In this document: positions 29,063-32,000 of the stretch, piece after piece
Numbering within the stretch: the first letter of the stretch is position 1
Layout: each line of letters begins with the position of its first letter
Assembly: GCF_900187275.1 (NCBI RefSeq)
Contig: NZ_LT906458.1
Span: 900,001 to 932,000 of the forward strand
Length of the DNA stretch: 32,000 nt
Direction of reading: 5' to 3'
Source: Pasteurella multocida
Lineage (GTDB): Bacteria > Pseudomonadota > Gammaproteobacteria > Enterobacterales > Pasteurellaceae
Notes under the pieces: generated by a model
Databases searched by the model: none
Told to the model about the DNA's origin: nothing
The model's input: the letters and a program-made list of their open reading frames with translations, nothing else
Translations under genes and position numbers: made by a program

Positions 29063-30385
29063 ATGCGCAGTACAGAATTAGTTCATTGGTTTAGACAATC
29101 AACCCCTTATGTCAATATGCATAGAGGCAAAACTTTTGTCATTATGCTTGATGGGGACACTATTGCTTGTCCAAATTTTGTTAATATTATCAATGATATC
29201 AGCCTGCTACATAGTTTAGGCATTAAGTTAGTTTTAGTGTTTGGTGCACGTTATCAAATCAATGAGCTGTTACAGCAACATCAGATTGAATCGGTCTATC
29301 ATAAAAATATTCGTATTACTGACTTAACCAGTTTAGAACTGGTGAAACAAGCTGTGGGTAAGCTCAATTACGATATTGCTTCACGCTTATCACTACGTCT
29401 CCCTCATTCTCCTTTAATTGATGTGGTCAGCGGCAACTTCGTATTAGCACAACCTATTGGCGTAGATGACGGCATCGATTATCAATTAAGTGGCAAAATT
29501 CGCCGTATTAATACAGAAAGTATCCAGCAACAATTAGATCGTGATGCGATTGTCTTAATTGGACCAATTGCACCTTCTGTTACTGGAGAAAGCTTTAATT
29601 TGCCTTTCGAAGAAATTGCTTCACAGCTTGCTATTAAGTTAAAAGCTGAAAAATTGATAGGCTTTTCCGCAACACAAGGCATCTTAGATGAAAACAACCA
29701 AACAATCAGTGATCTGTTGCCGCAAGATGCCGAGCTTTACTTAGCTAAACTGATACAACAAAACCAATATCACAGCTCTCAAGCTCGCTTTTTACAAGCA
29801 GCTATTGAGGCTTGCCGATTTGGCATAAAGCGTTCACATTTGATCAGTTATGAAGAAGATGGCTCACTGTTGCAGGAATTATTTACGCGTGACGGGGTTG
29901 GTACTCAGCTATCCATGGAACATTCCGAAACCATTCGCTTAGCGACGGTCAGTGATATTCCCGCGTTACTCGAATTGATTCGTCCACTTGAACAGCAAGG
30001 AATTTTAGTCAAACGCTCGCGCGAACAATTAGAAATGGAAATTAGCCAATATACGATTATCGATCGCGATGGTGTGATTATTGCTTGTGCTGCCTTAAAT
30101 TGCTATGCCGATGAGAAAATGGCAGAAATGGCTTGTGTGGCGGTTCACCCAGATTACCGTAATTCTTCGCGTGGCGATATTTTATTAGAAGCTATCCAAA
30201 AACGGGCTAAACAACTGGGAATTGAAAAGCTGTTTGTTCTCACAACGCGTACAGTACATTGGTTCCAAGAAAGAGGTTTTCAACTCGCAGAGATCGCAGA
30301 TTTACCAGACAAAAAACGTCAACATTATAATTATCAACGTCGTTCCAAAATCTTGATTCAAGCGCTACAAAATAAAAAAGGCTAA
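29063..30385 (+). CDS. argA: N-acetylglutamate synthase (amino-acid kinase fold plus GNAT domain)
   Basis: 440 aa. [62 protein letters not shown] and [14 protein letters not shown] are colinear with E. coli ArgA. Confidence 0.95.
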   Translation: MRSTELVHWFRQSTPYVNMHRGKTFVIMLDGDTIACPNFVNIINDISLLHSLGIKLVLVFGARYQINELLQQHQIESVYHKNIRITDLTSLELVKQAVGKLNYDIASRLSLRLPHSPLIDVVSGNFVLAQPIGVDDGIDYQLSGKIRRINTESIQQQLDRDAIVLIGPIAPSVTGESFNLPFEEIASQLAIKLKAEKLIGFSATQGILDENNQTISDLLPQDAELYLAKLIQQNQYHSSQARFLQAAIEACRFGIKRSHLISYEEDGSLLQELFTRDGVGTQLSMEHSETIRLATVSDIPALLELIRPLEQQGILVKRSREQLEMEISQYTIIDRDGVIIACAALNCYADEKMAEMACVAVHPDYRNSSRGDILLEAIQKRAKQLGIEKLFVLTTRTVHWFQERGFQLAEIADLPDKKRQHYNYQRRSKILIQALQNKKG

Positions 30386-30403
30386 CTACGTTAGCCTTTT
30401 TCT
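30374..30403. terminator. Bidirectional terminator between argA and manA; the stem includes the argA stop codon
   Basis: AAAAAGGCTAAC tac GTTAGCCTTTTT. Confidence 0.8.
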
Positions 30404-30419
30404 CTTTTCGCTTCTTTAC

Positions 30420-31622
30420 TTAAGGCAGTGCAGAAATGACACAGTAGCCCTCTTCCAAACCTGTGATTTGATAGCCAGTTTCACTCTCAATAAAAGCTGA
30501 TTCACCCTGTTTTAATTCAAGTACCTGCGTGCCTTGAGAAAGGGTAAGCTTTCCTTTCATCACTAACAAAATTTGTGCACTTTGCGCCTGGCAGGACTGT
30601 GTTTGTCCTTGACAATAGTTAAATCGAGTAAGCGCAAAATCTTTAGCAGGAGTATGGTAAGTAAAATAAGCCTGTTGTGCTGGTGCCACTGGAATAATCT
30701 CAGGTACCACTTCACGACAATCAATAATCGCTAGCAAGGCTTGGATATCCACATGTTTTGGGGTTAACCCACCACGAATCACATTATCTGAACACGCCAT
30801 TAATTCAATATTTTGTCCACGTAAATACGCATGAGGAATACCCGCATCTTGGAAAATGCCCTCGCCTTCGCGTAAGTGCACAATATTAAATAAATAAAAG
30901 CAAACAAGACCTGCATCCAATTTTGACGGTGCAATCGCCATCGCCTCCATCGTATAAAGAACCCAATAATCTGGATTGCTCAGCTCAAGTTGATTCGCGG
31001 CATATTTCGCTTTATTTTCTTCTATAATCGGCAATAACCATTGAGATAACTGTTCTTGATCTGCTTGCATAATGTCAGCATAAAAAGCATGCATATCTTG
31101 TTGTACAAGCTTCGTTGCCAGTCCTTGTAAAGAAGGACGTGCATTTAAGGTTGCAAGCATAGCCTGTTTCGTTTTAAACCCATGTAATAACCAAAAATCG
31201 GATAATGCAATCATCATTTCTGGCTTGTGATTATTGTCTTTATAAGTACGAATAGGACTTGTTAAGGCAATGCCTTGCGCATTCTCTTGCGCAAATCCAA
31301 TCTCTGCCTGTTTTTTTGTCGGATGTAATTGAATAGACAAGGGTTTTGCCACATCTAAAATCTTTAATAAATAAGGCAATTCTGAACCAAACTGGGACAG
31401 GCTCTTGTCGCCAAGTGCGGTTGGTTTTTGAGCTAAAAATGTAGCTAACGACGTTTCTTTGCCCTCAACATCAAGCATAGACGGTGCTGACACATGTGCA
31501 CCTAACCACCACTCTGCATAATACTGTTCTGTTTCTTTTTTCATCCCAAGTAAGGCAGGTAAATAGTCTTTCCCGCCCCAAACGTAATGCTGTAAACGAC
31601 CTGTTAATTGATAAATTCCCAT
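30420..31622 (-). CDS. manA: Mannose-6-phosphate isomerase, class I
   Basis: 400 aa with YVWGG, LSIQLHPTK, KPEMMIALS and PHAYL.G...E.MA.SDNV.R.GLTPK, the PMI type I signatures. Confidence 0.92.
   Translation of the reverse strand: MGIYQLTGRLQHYVWGGKDYLPALLGMKKETEQYYAEWWLGAHVSAPSMLDVEGKETSLATFLAQKPTALGDKSLSQFGSELPYLLKILDVAKPLSIQLHPTKKQAEIGFAQENAQGIALTSPIRTYKDNNHKPEMMIALSDFWLLHGFKTKQAMLATLNARPSLQGLATKLVQQDMHAFYADIMQADQEQLSQWLLPIIEENKAKYAANQLELSNPDYWVLYTMEAMAIAPSKLDAGLVCFYLFNIVHLREGEGIFQDAGIPHAYLRGQNIELMACSDNVIRGGLTPKHVDIQALLAIIDCREVVPEIIPVAPAQQAYFTYHTPAKDFALTRFNYCQGQTQSCQAQSAQILLVMKGKLTLSQGTQVLELKQGESAFIESETGYQITGLEEGYCVISALP
31413..31421 (+). repeat. USS core, intragenic
   Basis: Exact AAGTGCGGT. 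Confidence 0.8.
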
Positions 31623-31633
31623 ATATTCCCCTG

Positions 31634-32000
31634 TTATTTATAACCACCAAAAAATTGAATAACCTGTTCACGATCTTGATCTGTCAACAAATGCACTAAC
31701 AAACGTTTCCCATTTTTCATGTCAATCACAAGAATATTATTCTCTGCCAAATTCACCTGATGAATATCAGCATATTGAAAATAAATATTACCGAAGAAAA
31801 ACCCTTTCTCTTTTAAGAGTAACATGGGGGCGCGAATAAACGCCGCATACACACTCAGTAAAATTAAAGCAGTTAATAAGTACAGAGTGGCCGACGAAAG
31901 ATTGGTATAGGTTTGGTAAATGATAATGCCTATTAATAGACTAAAAATTAACGCATCCTTTTGTCCCTGCTTTTTCAGATGTACCTTAAGTAAGGTTTTT
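31634..32000 (-). CDS. yobD: UPF0266/DUF986 inner-membrane protein YobD-like; 5' end outside the window
   Basis: The reading frame stays open from 31852 to the window edge (...LIFSLLIGIIIYQTYTNLSSATLYLLTALILLSVYAAFIR...), so the track's GTG start is internal. KEKGFFFGNIYFQYADIHQVNLAENNILVIDMKNGKRLLVHL parallels E. coli YobD [41 protein letters not shown]. Its stop is 11 nt before the manA start. Confidence 0.75.
   Translation of the reverse strand, partial: KTLLKVHLKKQGQKDALIFSLLIGIIIYQTYTNLSSATLYLLTALILLSVYAAFIRAPMLLLKEKGFFFGNIYFQYADIHQVNLAENNILVIDMKNGKRLLVHLLTDQDREQVIQFFGGYK

Overview
This 32-kb window looks like a chromosomal segment from a Pasteurellaceae genome. The evidence is 15 perfect copies of the Haemophilus-type uptake signal sequence (USS) AAGTGCGGT/ACCGCACTT, roughly 40% G+C by eye, and gene content and order close to Haemophilus/Pasteurella and E. 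coli. Most of it is core metabolism and translation. In order: the 3' part of a PqqL-like M16 protease; speF-potE (inducible ornithine decarboxylase and putrescine/ornithine antiporter); ornithine carbamoyltransferase; a DUF535/VirK-like gene; a tyrosine phenol-lyase plus tyrosine permease operon; argG; a YeeZ-like NAD(P)-binding protein; purC; a markedly AT-rich phosphoethanolamine (PEtN) transferase; prfC; dps; valS; an orphan 172-aa ORF; tpx; a DIP1984-family ORF coupled to holC; fumC; a secreted chalcone-isomerase-like protein; ycfP; rimK; grxA; argA; manA; and the 3' part of a yobD-like gene. I saw no rRNA, tRNA, CRISPR array, transposase, integrase or phage genes. I also saw no multi-gene defence-like or otherwise clearly novel protein system, and I do not want to overstate that. 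The leads worth a second look are small or non-coding. (1) An untracked SpeFL-type ornithine-sensing leader ORF lies upstream of speF; it keeps the HIRRxxH motif but runs 8 codons longer than the E. coli prototype. (2) The 0.8-kb gap between tpl and argG holds a perfect TyrR box, a small hydrophobic ORF with a near-consensus promoter, and a GGA-rich, terminator-capped stretch that could be a CsrA-titrating sRNA. (3) An AT-rich PEtN-transferase islet sits between purC and prfC. (4) Three genes, two of unknown function, lie between holC and valS. (5) The dps and grxA terminators have nearly identical arms. All operator and sRNA calls come from reading the sequence and need experimental or comparative confirmation.
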